From: Alphaproteobacteria bacterium
Lineage (GTDB): Bacteria > Pseudomonadota > Alphaproteobacteria > UBA2966
Reading direction: 5' to 3'
Assembly: GCA_964291395.2 (NCBI GenBank)
Contig: OZ219856.1
Coordinates: 1,952,001 to 2,016,000 of the forward strand
DNA length: 64,000 bases
Under the pieces are notes generated by a model. The model was not told where the DNA came from, ran no database searches, and was given only the letters and a program-made list of their open reading frames with translations. A program made the translations under genes and the position numbers. How positions within the stretch are numbered: the stretch's first letter is position 1; each line of letters opens with the position of its first letter. Shown here piece by piece: positions 9,657 through 18,894 of the stretch.

Positions 9657-10663
9657 TGGAGGACTTCTTTCTGCGCGCGCTCGGCGGCGGGATCGGGGCG
9701 GCGCTCGCGGCCGGTCCGGTCGGGTGCTTCGTGGTGTGGCGGCGCATGGCGTATTTCGGCACGGCGCTTGCGCACGCGGTGCTCCTCGGGATCGCTCTTG
9801 GCTTTCTGCTCGACATCGAGCCGATCCTGGCAGTCTTCGCAATGTGTCTCCTGCTCGCCGGATGCCTGGTCCTTCTGGAACGCCAGCGGACCCTTTCGGT
9901 TGACGCCCTGCTCGGAGTGCTGGCCCACGCGGTCTTTGCCGCGGGCCTTGTCGTCGTCGCATTCATGGAACGGTTGCGGGTCGATCTGATCGGCTATCTC
10001 TTCGGCGATATCCTCTCGGTGGGCATGGCCGACCTTTGGCTCATCTTCGGAACCGCCGCCATCGTCACCACATCCCTCGCCTGGCAGTGGCGCAACCTGC
10101 TCGCTCTGGTCGTCAACAAAGAGCTTGCCGTAGTGGACGGCGTGCCGGTCGAACGGGTCCGCCTCCTGCTCCTGTTTCTGCTCGCCGCGGTGATCGCGGT
10201 GGGCATGAAGATCGTAGGCATGCTGCTGGTCGTGGCGCTCGTGATCATTCCAGCAGCCGCTGCGCGCCGCATGGCAGCGACACCTGAGCAGATGGCAGTG
10301 GCGTCGACGGCGATTGGAGTCGTAGCCGTCGTCGCCGGCCTGTTCGGATCGCTGGAGTGGGACATTCCAGCCGGACCGGCCATCGTGCTGGTGGCGAGCG
10401 CGATATTCGTCGCAAGCCTGTTCATCCCCGTCCGGGGGGTCCCGCCCGCAACAAGTGACCCGTGGTGCGGTCATCGCTGCCGTCTCGCCGTCACCCGAGG
10501 ATCCGAGTCGCCGGGGTGTATCCGTCATCGAGAGAATCTTCAGGGATTCCGACTGAATAAAGTATGGGGTGGCGAGCCGGGAAAGACAAAACTGCGAACT
10601 TGTTGCTTATCGCGGTTGGACTGCCAGCGCAGAAGAAAAAATTCTTCTAGATCAAATAAATAA
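9656..10663 (+). CDS. znuB: Zinc ABC transporter permease ZnuB with an apparently aberrant C-terminal extension
   Basis: GCFVVWRRMAYFG, YLFGDIL, PAGPAIV. The homologous part ends near 10440 but the frame stays open to 10663. Confidence 0.9.
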   Translation: MEDFFLRALGGGIGAALAAGPVGCFVVWRRMAYFGTALAHAVLLGIALGFLLDIEPILAVFAMCLLLAGCLVLLERQRTLSVDALLGVLAHAVFAAGLVVVAFMERLRVDLIGYLFGDILSVGMADLWLIFGTAAIVTTSLAWQWRNLLALVVNKELAVVDGVPVERVRLLLLFLLAAVIAVGMKIVGMLLVVALVIIPAAAARRMAATPEQMAVASTAIGVVAVVAGLFGSLEWDIPAGPAIVLVASAIFVASLFIPVRGVPPATSDPWCGHRCRLAVTRGSESPGCIRHRENLQGFRLNKVWGGEPGKTKLRTCCLSRLDCQRRRKNSSRSNK

Positions 10664-10823
10664 CTAGGGATGAACCCACAGTGGGAAGCTGGTGTTTCAG
10701 AACCGGTGAGCCTAACCGTAAACGCACTACGAGAAGAAGTTTTGCCATATGCGATCTCTGAGTGTCGGCTTTTGGGTAATCAGCGGTCTCTTGGAGGCGC
10801 AATCGTTGTTGTCAGCAACTAGC

Positions 10824-10935
10824 CGAGTCTGTTGAAGAAGTCGGTTGAGATCGAATTTGTGTCGTGATTCTCTGGCGCTGACGCTGTCAGCGACGGAGAT
10901 TGAACGATGATGGGTGAGCAACCAGCGGGAAGAAG
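10824..10935 (+). mobile_element. Possible left-end remnant of an IS (IS1182-like) with transposase N-terminal stub
   Basis: GAGTCTGTTGAAGAAGTC terminus-like sequence, then GGAG RBS and ATG ATG GGT GAG (MMGEQPAG) at 10907, resembling IS1182 transposase starts; recognised from memory only. Confidence 0.35.
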
Positions 10936-11313
10936 AGTGATGGCATCCAAGCGGTCACAGCAGCCCTGCGTTGCCTACCACAAGACGGCGATTCCCGGGC
11001 ACGACCCGGAGATCACCGGCATCAGTCCCGGGACACCAGTGGGCGAGTAACTATACGAAGCCAATAGGCAGCGTCACGGGGATGATAGTCCTGATGGCAC
11101 CCGTCTTTTGGGCGTGACCTTCACGGCGTCAGAGCAGCGTCCAGGCCGGTCAGAGCCGAACTGCCCCCGAGTGGGTAACCTAGGGGCATTTGCCGGTTTA
11201 TCCTTGGGATCAATCGGTGTCGTGGATGCCTCAGACATGAACTTCACGGCTAGGCCCGGTAGATTTACGCTGGCCGTAAGCAAGCTGGATCTACTTAATG
11301 GATCACGGAGGAA

Positions 11314-11643
11314 ATGATTGTGGCAATCTACGAGATTCGAACTTATGCGCTGCGTGTCGGCGTAAACAACGAGGTCATCAGCTATTACCAGGAATTGGGA
11401 TGGCCAGCCTTAAAGAAGGGAGGATTTGACAAGAAGCTGATCGGGTACTTCTTTACCGAAACCGGGACAATCAACAGCCTGATTCATATGTGGAAATTCG
11501 ACGACGATCATGATCGCAGGTCTCACTGGGCCGCGATTGCCGGAAATGACGATTTCATGGCCTTTGCGGCAAAATTCAGGCCTCTTGTGCAAACACAACA
11601 GGTACAACTTCTTAATGAAGCACCTTGGGGCCCCCACCCGTAA
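11314..11643 (+). CDS. NIPSNAP family protein
   Basis: IYEIRTY...GYFFTETGTINSLIHMW pattern; GGAGG RBS. Confidence 0.88.
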   Translation: MIVAIYEIRTYALRVGVNNEVISYYQELGWPALKKGGFDKKLIGYFFTETGTINSLIHMWKFDDDHDRRSHWAAIAGNDDFMAFAAKFRPLVQTQQVQLLNEAPWGPHP

Positions 11644-11660
11644 GAAAACGGAGATGTAGC

Positions 11661-12281
11661 ATGGACCTAGCTTCAACCGATCATCTGTTGACCACGACGC
11701 GCTCGGTCCGCAAGCGTCTTGATCTGACCCGCCCTGTCGAGCCCGAGGTTATCCAAGAGTGCATCGAGATTGCGCTGCAGGCGCCTAATGGAGGCAATCT
11801 GCGCCAACCTCATTTCGTCGTTGTGACGGACGCGGCGAAGCGCGGAGAGCTGGCTCAAATTTACCGGCGGGCGAGTGCCACGCATCTGGAACGTATGCGA
11901 GGCGTCTACAGCGCGGGTTTATCTGAATCCGCCTCGTACCTTGTGGAGTGCCTACACGAGGTGCCAGTTCACGTGATCCCCTGCATAGAAGGCCGCGCCG
12001 AAAACGATGGCCCGCGAATGCAAGCCACCTTGTATGGATCCGTTTTGCCCGCCGCATGGTCATTCATGATGGCGCTCCGCGCTCGCGGGGTGGGGTCGGC
12101 GTGGACTACCTTCCATCTGGCCTTCGAAGCGGAGGTCGCTGCCCTCTTGGATATACCCGAGGACACAACCCAGGGAGTGCTGTTGCCTGTCGCTTACTTC
12201 ACCGGTGACGATTTCCGGCCAGGTCCGCGCCTACCCGCGCGCGAGCGAACCTACTGGAACACCTGGGGAGAAATACGCTAG
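11661..12281 (+). CDS. Nitroreductase family protein
   Basis: LLTTTRSVRKRLD, ALQAPNGGN and ALRARGVGSAWT motifs. Confidence 0.9.
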   Translation: MDLASTDHLLTTTRSVRKRLDLTRPVEPEVIQECIEIALQAPNGGNLRQPHFVVVTDAAKRGELAQIYRRASATHLERMRGVYSAGLSESASYLVECLHEVPVHVIPCIEGRAENDGPRMQATLYGSVLPAAWSFMMALRARGVGSAWTTFHLAFEAEVAALLDIPEDTTQGVLLPVAYFTGDDFRPGPRLPARERTYWNTWGEIR

Positions 12282-12476
12282 CTGTCTAGGAGCGATCCAA
12301 ACGTGGCTTGAGGCGCAGGATCTTCTCAAGCAGAACCAAATTTCCCGACTGACCTAGTTGGCCCGCGCCACGTGATACGTCTCGGCATCGTCTGCTGGCC
12401 AATGAAATCGGGGGCTTCTTTTGCCCTCCCGAATACCAGTGATCGAAGCTCCAAACAGAAATCCTAATCTAAAGAG

Positions 12477-13457
12477 GTGAGTGACATGCACGCAGCTTTC
12501 TACGCCAAGAAGGGACCGGCAGCGGAGGTGCTGGAAGTGGGCGAGATCGAGACACCCTTACCCCAACCAGGTGAAGTCCGAATCCGGATTGCGGCATCGG
12601 GCGTCAATCCGACGGACGTCAAGAAACGCCAGGGGGCGGACCTCGAGTTTCCCCAAATCGTTCCCCACAGTGACGGTGCTGGCCAAATCGACGCGGTAGG
12701 TGATGGCGTTCCGGAATCGCGTATCGGTGAGCGTGTATGGACAATCTTTGGCCAGTGGCAACGCCCGTTTGGCACCGCCGCTGAATATATCTGCTTGTCA
12801 TCCGACCTGGCGGTACCTCTGCCCGACGGCACGAGTGATGCTGCGGGGGCCTGTCTCGGCATTCCCGTGCTTACGGCCTATCGGGCATTGACGATCGATG
12901 GTGACGTGTCAGGCCAAACGATACTGGTCGCAGGCGGCGCAGGGGCGGTTGGCCATTACGTCGTACAGATCGCCAAACTGCAGGGCGCGGACGTTATCGC
13001 GACTGTCAGCTCTCAGGAGAAGGCCGCGCATGCCAAGGCCGGTGGCGCGGATTACACCATCGACTATAAGCGAGAGGATGTGGGGACGCGTATCCAGGAG
13101 ATCACGGGTGGGCGGGGTGTTGACCGTATCATCGAGGTCGACATAACCGCTAACGCGGCGTCGATTCCCGATGTCGTGCGTCCGGGCGGCACCGCGATAG
13201 TTTATGGCTCGTCTTCACCAACTGCCGAAATCCCCGTTCTCTGGTGTACCCGCAATGACATCACCTTCCACTTCTTCATTCTGTACAGGCTTTCCGCGGC
13301 CGTCCGTGATGCTGCAGCGATCGCCGTGAACGGATTATTGGAAGCGGGCTCATTGCAGCACACGATCGCCGAGACCTATTCGTTGGCCAACATAGTGAAA
13401 GCGCACGAAGCCGTTGAGAGCGGCAAGGTCATGGGCAATGTCGTCGTGACCCCATGA
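12477..13457 (+). CDS. NADPH:quinone reductase (zeta-crystallin-like MDR)
   Basis: SGVNPTD, PHSDGAG and AGGAGAVG motifs. Confidence 0.92.
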   Translation: MSDMHAAFYAKKGPAAEVLEVGEIETPLPQPGEVRIRIAASGVNPTDVKKRQGADLEFPQIVPHSDGAGQIDAVGDGVPESRIGERVWTIFGQWQRPFGTAAEYICLSSDLAVPLPDGTSDAAGACLGIPVLTAYRALTIDGDVSGQTILVAGGAGAVGHYVVQIAKLQGADVIATVSSQEKAAHAKAGGADYTIDYKREDVGTRIQEITGGRGVDRIIEVDITANAASIPDVVRPGGTAIVYGSSSPTAEIPVLWCTRNDITFHFFILYRLSAAVRDAAAIAVNGLLEAGSLQHTIAETYSLANIVKAHEAVESGKVMGNVVVTP

Positions 13458-13633
13458 AGGCGTGCCACATGGATGTGTCTGGATCAGAATGTTTTGGGAG
13501 TATGTCCGGAATGGAAATCCTGGTTCCGTTCGCGTTGTCGTTGACGCACGTTTCTGCTGTCGCCCTTCCCAAATTCACGCAGCCGCTCAATCGGTAGGCG
13601 CCTATTTTCATGAACGAGGATTCGAGGTCACCC

Positions 13634-14062
13634 ATGTCAAACAGCAATGCGGTTGAGAACGTTTCCGGTCACTGCCAGTGTGGCGGCGTCAGGTATAAAG
13701 CCCGCGCCGTCAGGCGGCAGATCATTCAATGCCATTGTGAAACGTGTCGTCGTGCCATCGGTAGTACATGGGTGGCGACCCAGGCGTTACGCGAAGATCT
13801 GACCATCGAAGATGATGGCTGCCTGGCGTGGTATCAATCTTCGGAACATGGCCGGCGGGGTTTCTGCAATTCCTGCGGAGCGAGCCTGTTTTTCGACAGC
13901 GAAGGAAGGCCGACCATGTCAATCGCGGCGGGTACTGTCGACCAGCCTTCGGGGTTGGAGTTTGCGGCACACTGCCATATTGCGGCCGCGGCGGATTATG
14001 AGATTTTCACCGATGACCTGCCAAAGTTTCCAGACGGCCAGCACGGGATCGAATACCCCTAG
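13634..14062 (+). CDS. GFA (glutathione-dependent formaldehyde-activating / Mss4-like) family protein
   Basis: GHCQCG, CHCETCRR and FCNSCG zinc motifs. Confidence 0.9.
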   Translation: MSNSNAVENVSGHCQCGGVRYKARAVRRQIIQCHCETCRRAIGSTWVATQALREDLTIEDDGCLAWYQSSEHGRRGFCNSCGASLFFDSEGRPTMSIAAGTVDQPSGLEFAAHCHIAAAADYEIFTDDLPKFPDGQHGIEYP

Positions 14063-14217
14063 AATATGCTTGTTCGGCCGAAGGCTTGAGCAACCACCGA
14101 CGAGACGGCCGCAAAAACACCACACGCCATCCTGATCGGTCTCGCACTATGAACTATCGTGCGCGGGCGTGACCGGGCAGGGATGACCGGCCCCCACTGA
14201 GTGGTCCGATATCATTG

Positions 14218-14385
14218 TTAGTGCATTGAGGGTATCCGTTCCAATGGGATTGTGACCTCTGGCGCTCGTTCTTCCGCGCCAACAATATCGTAGACACATA
14301 TCTCGAACCCGCCCTTGGCGATATTGTCAGCGATGACCTTGCCGAGGTTTCCAAGGCCAATAAAGCCAACCTTCTCCTGGCTCAT
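14218..14385 (-). pseudogene. Truncated 5' stub of a beta-hydroxyacid dehydrogenase
   Basis: MSQEKVGFIGLGNLGKVIADNIAKGGFEICVYDIVGAEERAPE closely parallels the N-terminus of 4895-5764, then diverges and stops after 55 aa; strong RBS. Confidence 0.8.
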
Positions 14386-15097
14386 GCTGCTTTCTCCTCT
14401 CTCCTCTATCTGAGTTAGGTCGTGTCGGTCTCTCGATCCCAGTAAACCCGTGTCGGCGTCGTCCTTGGAGACGACTGCGCTTTCGGACCTCCGACCGGCT
14501 GACGTATCGCACACACTGGATCACTCCACTAGGATCACACGCCACGATACATCTCATAGCGTAAGGACCTTGCGCTTGGCGCGCTTTAGGCGTATTCGAC
14601 ATCGACTAAACCAAGACACTGCCGCTGCTGGAACTGGAGAATTCTGCCGGCAGCATTGCCTCGCAGAGAAGAGACATCTAAGCACAATGCGTCCAGATTC
14701 TTCCGTTTAGCCGACGAGGTGGGGGTGGAGACCCCCCTCGCAGATCTAGCACTGACGTAATACGACGCCCTGTTGGAATCCACTTCGCCTGTGACAAGAA
14801 GCTTGGCGGTCCAAGACGGGTAGCCTGCGACGGTTTGGCGGGTACTTCGACCGGGCTTCGCCATGCCCCTAGCGCGGCCCCAACGACGCCCTCCCACTTC
14901 GGTGACAAATGTCTCGGCCATTCTAAATGCAGCCTGCGAAGAAGCGGGTGTCGAGGCCCCAACACTCAGTAAGTCCTAGAGCGTATTCCCGCGAATCCCC
15001 ACCACCGCGGCGATCAACATGAGCGTCGTCAGGTCAGTAATCAGCAATCGCATCCAAAGATGCTTTTGCAGATCATGGATGCTGCCGGTTCGGTTTG

Positions 15098-15127
15098 TTG
15101 CAAAACTTTGAGAGTGTTAGCTACGCT
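15098..15127 (+). promoter_or_regulatory. Possible sigma70 promoter of the Ldi-like gene
   Basis: TTGCAA-18nt-TACGCT about 65 nt upstream of the GTG start. Confidence 0.3.
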
Positions 15128-15190
15128 AGGTGACTTGGAACCGCGCCGCCTGTTACGATAATTGTGACCACCTCAAAGTGGAGGTACCCC

Positions 15191-16735
15191 GTGGCGACCA
15201 CCGTGCAAGGCTACCCAGAGATTAGCGAACGCAGCCGCGGCTGGCTGCGCTACCTGCACCGCAAGGCGACGACCCCCGACAATTGGGACAAGGACGGCCG
15301 CCCCAATGCCCATTGGGATAACATCAGCGACGAACCGCGGCGATCATTTCACCGCTTCGACCTTCTCGAATCGGGCTACGCCATTGGCCTCATGGCTGAC
15401 ACGACGCCGGCCTGGCGGGAGATTTACAGCACCATCCTCGATGAACTGAACGAACGCTCCACCAGCTGGTGGGCGCACGAGGACTGGCTGACGATGATTG
15501 GTGAGGACCCACGCCGCGCCCAGTATCCCGACGAGTGGTACGAGGCGTGGATTCCGGAGTTCCTGCGCGGCCGTTACGACACGCCCGGTTGGCCTGCCAA
15601 TGGGGTCGAACCGTGGGGCCGGCAGGATGATGCCATGACGGCCGACGGTATCGTCGGGTGGAAGGGAAATTTCCTCACGTCGCTTGGTCTGCATAAGTAC
15701 ATCAGCGGAAACGACAAATGGAACGAACCATTTGACATGGTCCGCGACGGCGAAAACACGTTCACCCACACCTATACGGAAATTGCTCAATACTTGTTCG
15801 ATATGTGGTCGCGGAAGCCCGAGGGCTGCCACTGCGAAAACACCAAGATATGGCCCATGTGACTGGGCAACGCGGGCCTCGGTCTGAGGCTCCACGACAT
15901 CAACTACGGGAGTGACCTGCACCGGGTCTTCGATAGTTGGTGGGAATACTCTTTGGAGCACTATATTCCCCTGCGCGAGGATGGGCGGATCGGCGACGCG
16001 TTCACCGTCTACTACGACCCCATCATCGACTATCACCACCGGGTGAGCATGCGCCCGGGGGGCAGCCCGTGGGGCCATTACGACAAGCTTCACTTCGTCA
16101 TCGGCATGACCCCGCAACGGCACGATGTGGCACGCCAATTCTTCTATTCGGCGGCCGAAGGCTTTGGCTGGCGGACTCTGGATCCCGCAGACGAGCCGCC
16201 AGGCCGACCACGTGCGACGCTCTATGGCATGGCCTTTGCCCGCGAATACGGCGACCACGCCCTCTATGCCAAACTCAAGGCCCTCTCCGAGGAGAGGCAT
16301 GAACCGACGTTCGATCCCGAGACCTTGGAGTTCACCTGGAGGTTCGGGCTTGACGAGCCGCACCCGCGCGGCCAATTCAATGCCAGCGCCGCGATGGCCG
16401 AAGCCATCAGCGAAGGGGCGTGGTGGCGTATCTTCAATGAACCCAACCTGCGCAAGTTCATCGATCCGACCGTCTACGCGGTCGACTTCCCGACCGTCTG
16501 CCTGAGCCAGGCGATCTACGACGAGGTCCGCCGCACGCTGATCGTGGCGACCGACGCCGGCGTGCCGGCCGCACGTGGCAAGCCGACAACGTTCCGCGTC
16601 ACCAACATCGACCCCGACGCCTGCAGGGTCTTCATCGACGGCGAGAAGAGCGATGACTGGAAGGAGGTCGAGGGCGACATCGAAGTCTCGACCACGGTCG
16701 GTGCCCACACGTTCCTGATCAAGGTGGGCAGCTAA
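15191..16735 (+). CDS. Linalool dehydratase/isomerase-like protein, 514 aa, with in-frame TGA (15860-15862) predicted as selenocysteine U224
   Basis: GGAGGT RBS and GTG at 15191. ORFs 15164-15862 and 15953-16735 share a frame, and the 30 intervening codons (LGNAGLGLRLHDINYGSDLHRVFDSWWEYS) are stop-free. Motif GCHCENTKIWPM*LGNAGLGLRLHD matches Ldi [22 protein letters not shown]; SECIS-like hairpin follows the TGA. Confidence 0.85.
15863..15893 (+). promoter_or_regulatory. Bacterial SECIS-like element
   Basis: 11 nt after the TGA: stem GGGCCTC (15874-15880), loop GGTCT, stem GAGGCTC (15886-15892). Same spacing and GGUCU apical sequence as the E. coli fdhF SECIS. Confidence 0.8.
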
Positions 16736-16843
16736 AGCGCCGATAGATCACGCGCGGTGGAATTGCTCCACCTGATCAGCACTCAATCGTAGGTCAACGG
16801 TCAGGGCGATGACTGGCCTTTCCGATTGGCCAACCGATTTCTG

Positions 16844-18133
16844 CTACTCGTAGATGTAACCCAGCATTGACGGTATCCACGTGGTCAGTGCCGGCACATA
16901 GGTCACAAAACCCAGAATGACCAATTGAGCCAAACAGAACGGCAGGATCGCTACTGAGATCTTTTCAACACTGACTCTTGCTACGGGGACTGTCGCGAAA
17001 AGCACGGTCCCCACCGGCGGTGTCCCGAGCCCAATAACCAAATTGATGATCATCACGAGAGAGAAATGGATGGGGTCTATACCAAACGCGAGGGCCACCG
17101 GCATCAGAATAGGCCCCAATATGAGTATGTTCGCCGTGGCATCCAGGAGCATACCCATCACAAGAAGAAAGATGTTGATCAGGATGAGCACCACGATCTT
17201 GTTCGTCGTAATCTCGGTCAGACCCTCGGCAATGATTTTCGGCACTTCCAGAATAGTGAGGAGCCACGCAAAGGGAGCTGAGGCCCCGACAAGCAAAAGA
17301 ATCACACCCGTCGTCACGCCGCTGCGGAACACGCAATCGATAAGCTCAGGAAAGGACACATTCCGATAAACGACCAACGCCAGAAAGGCCGTATATCCGA
17401 CGGCTATTCCAGCTGCTTCAGTTGCCGTGAAAACACCAAAAATGATCCCGCCGATGATAATCACCGGCAACATGAGAGGCAGTATTGAGTCTCGAAACTG
17501 CTTGAGAAATTCGAGAAGACGGAACTTTTCGGAGTGAACCGGATACTTCCTCCGGACACTGATGACGTACGCAACGATCATCAGCGCAGTTCCTATCAAT
17601 ATACCGGGGATGATCCCTGCTGCGAAAAGGCCGCCTATGGAAACCCCAAGGGTGGACCCATATATGACCATGCCGACGCTGGGAGGTATGATCGCTCCTA
17701 TCATCGAAGAGCTGGCTGTCACCGCCGCGGCAAATTCCGGATCGTAACCTTCATCCTTCATGACTGGGATGAGCACGGAGCCAACGGATACAGCATCTGC
17801 CACTGCAGATCCGTTCAGGCCGGCAAAAAGCATGCTCACCACAATGTTGACTTGTGCGAGCCCTCCCCTGATCCAGCCCACGATACTGTTGCTCAGCTGA
17901 ATGAGCTGATGCGTGATTCTCGCGGTGTTCATCAGGTTCCCCGCCAAGATGAACAGGGGGATGGCCATGAGAGGAAAGCTATCCAGCGATGCGAACATTT
18001 CGAGAGGAATCACCTTGGGTGAGAACCTCATGAAGAACATGGTGGAGATCAGGGGGATCAGCCCGAGGCAAAACCCGATCGGAATGCCCATGACGATCAG
18101 TAATCCGAAACCGATGAGTATTATGGCTACCAT
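16844..18133 (-). CDS. dctM: TRAP transporter large permease DctM
   Basis: AIPLFILAG, GSAVAD, IIPPS, FTATEAA and TPPVG motifs; 429 aa. Confidence 0.95.
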   Translation of the reverse strand: MVAIILIGFGLLIVMGIPIGFCLGLIPLISTMFFMRFSPKVIPLEMFASLDSFPLMAIPLFILAGNLMNTARITHQLIQLSNSIVGWIRGGLAQVNIVVSMLFAGLNGSAVADAVSVGSVLIPVMKDEGYDPEFAAAVTASSSMIGAIIPPSVGMVIYGSTLGVSIGGLFAAGIIPGILIGTALMIVAYVISVRRKYPVHSEKFRLLEFLKQFRDSILPLMLPVIIIGGIIFGVFTATEAAGIAVGYTAFLALVVYRNVSFPELIDCVFRSGVTTGVILLLVGASAPFAWLLTILEVPKIIAEGLTEITTNKIVVLILINIFLLVMGMLLDATANILILGPILMPVALAFGIDPIHFSLVMIINLVIGLGTPPVGTVLFATVPVARVSVEKISVAILPFCLAQLVILGFVTYVPALTTWIPSMLGYIYE

Positions 18134-18184
18134 CGTTTCAAATATTCCTGTTTGCCTACCATCTCATCGTCGACGGAAATCAGG

Positions 18185-18727
18185 TTACCTGGCCTCATCG
18201 CAGAATTTCGAAACCAGATCTTCCAGCATGAGATAGAGCAGGTGGCTCAGCAGGAACGCGCCTGAGATCGGCATTCCGAACATCGCCCACATCACGCGCA
18301 CGTTCACGGCCCACGAAAACCCCGGGTTGGTAAGGGCCTGCTGAACGCCGAGCACGACGAAGCACACCAGAAAGAAGAGAATTAATCCCTTCCCGGCAAA
18401 CAGGACCCAGAACTTCGCGTTGTCGCTCAATCGATTGACGGCCATCGAAAGGCTTACGTGCTCGGACGTGCGCAGCGCACAGGCGGCCCCGAAGTATCCC
18501 GCCCAAACCAAGCTCCATTTTGTGATGTCCTCGGCCCAGAGGAGCGCATACTCGATCACATACCGGCAGAACACTTGCACCAGGACCAAGGTGGCGATAT
18601 TGAGCATCAGCAGTATGAGGAGCCATTTCCCCACAAAGTACGTCCCGTCGCTGAAGTGCCTTGCGTACTTCAGGCTCACCAGTAACGTTCTCTGAAATTG
18701 ATTCTTCTCGCCCATTTCCGAACCCAT
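18185..18727 (-). CDS. dctQ: TRAP transporter small permease DctQ
   Basis: QVFCRYV, WAEDI and EHVSL motifs; 4 TM segments. Confidence 0.92.
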   Translation of the reverse strand: MGSEMGEKNQFQRTLLVSLKYARHFSDGTYFVGKWLLILLMLNIATLVLVQVFCRYVIEYALLWAEDITKWSLVWAGYFGAACALRTSEHVSLSMAVNRLSDNAKFWVLFAGKGLILFFLVCFVVLGVQQALTNPGFSWAVNVRVMWAMFGMPISGAFLLSHLLYLMLEDLVSKFCDEAR

Positions 18728-18894
18728 GACAATTCCTTGGCGGTACCGCCGGGGTCACGAGAGCCGACAGCACGCCGGAAACACCTGAGTGCCCCAGACG
18801 GAGGAGGGCCGCGTTGGGGAGGCTCCAGCCTGTCTAGCGGCGTTGGATGCAGAGCAACACCGTCAAAGCCGTAATTGTATAGGTGCAAACGGAA

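Noticed and set aside
14400-15090. Short ORFs upstream of the Ldi-like gene, including a 25-aa hydrophobic ORF on the - strand
   Set aside because: No recognisable motifs or RBS; treated as degraded intergenic DNA.
15164-16735. Two separate hypothetical genes, or a nonsense pseudogene
   Set aside because: Same frame, stop-free and family-like linker, no clear RBS before TTG 15953, TGA on the catalytic Cys column and a SECIS-like hairpin. A TGY-to-TGA nonsense mutation remains formally possible until the sel genes and homologs are checked.
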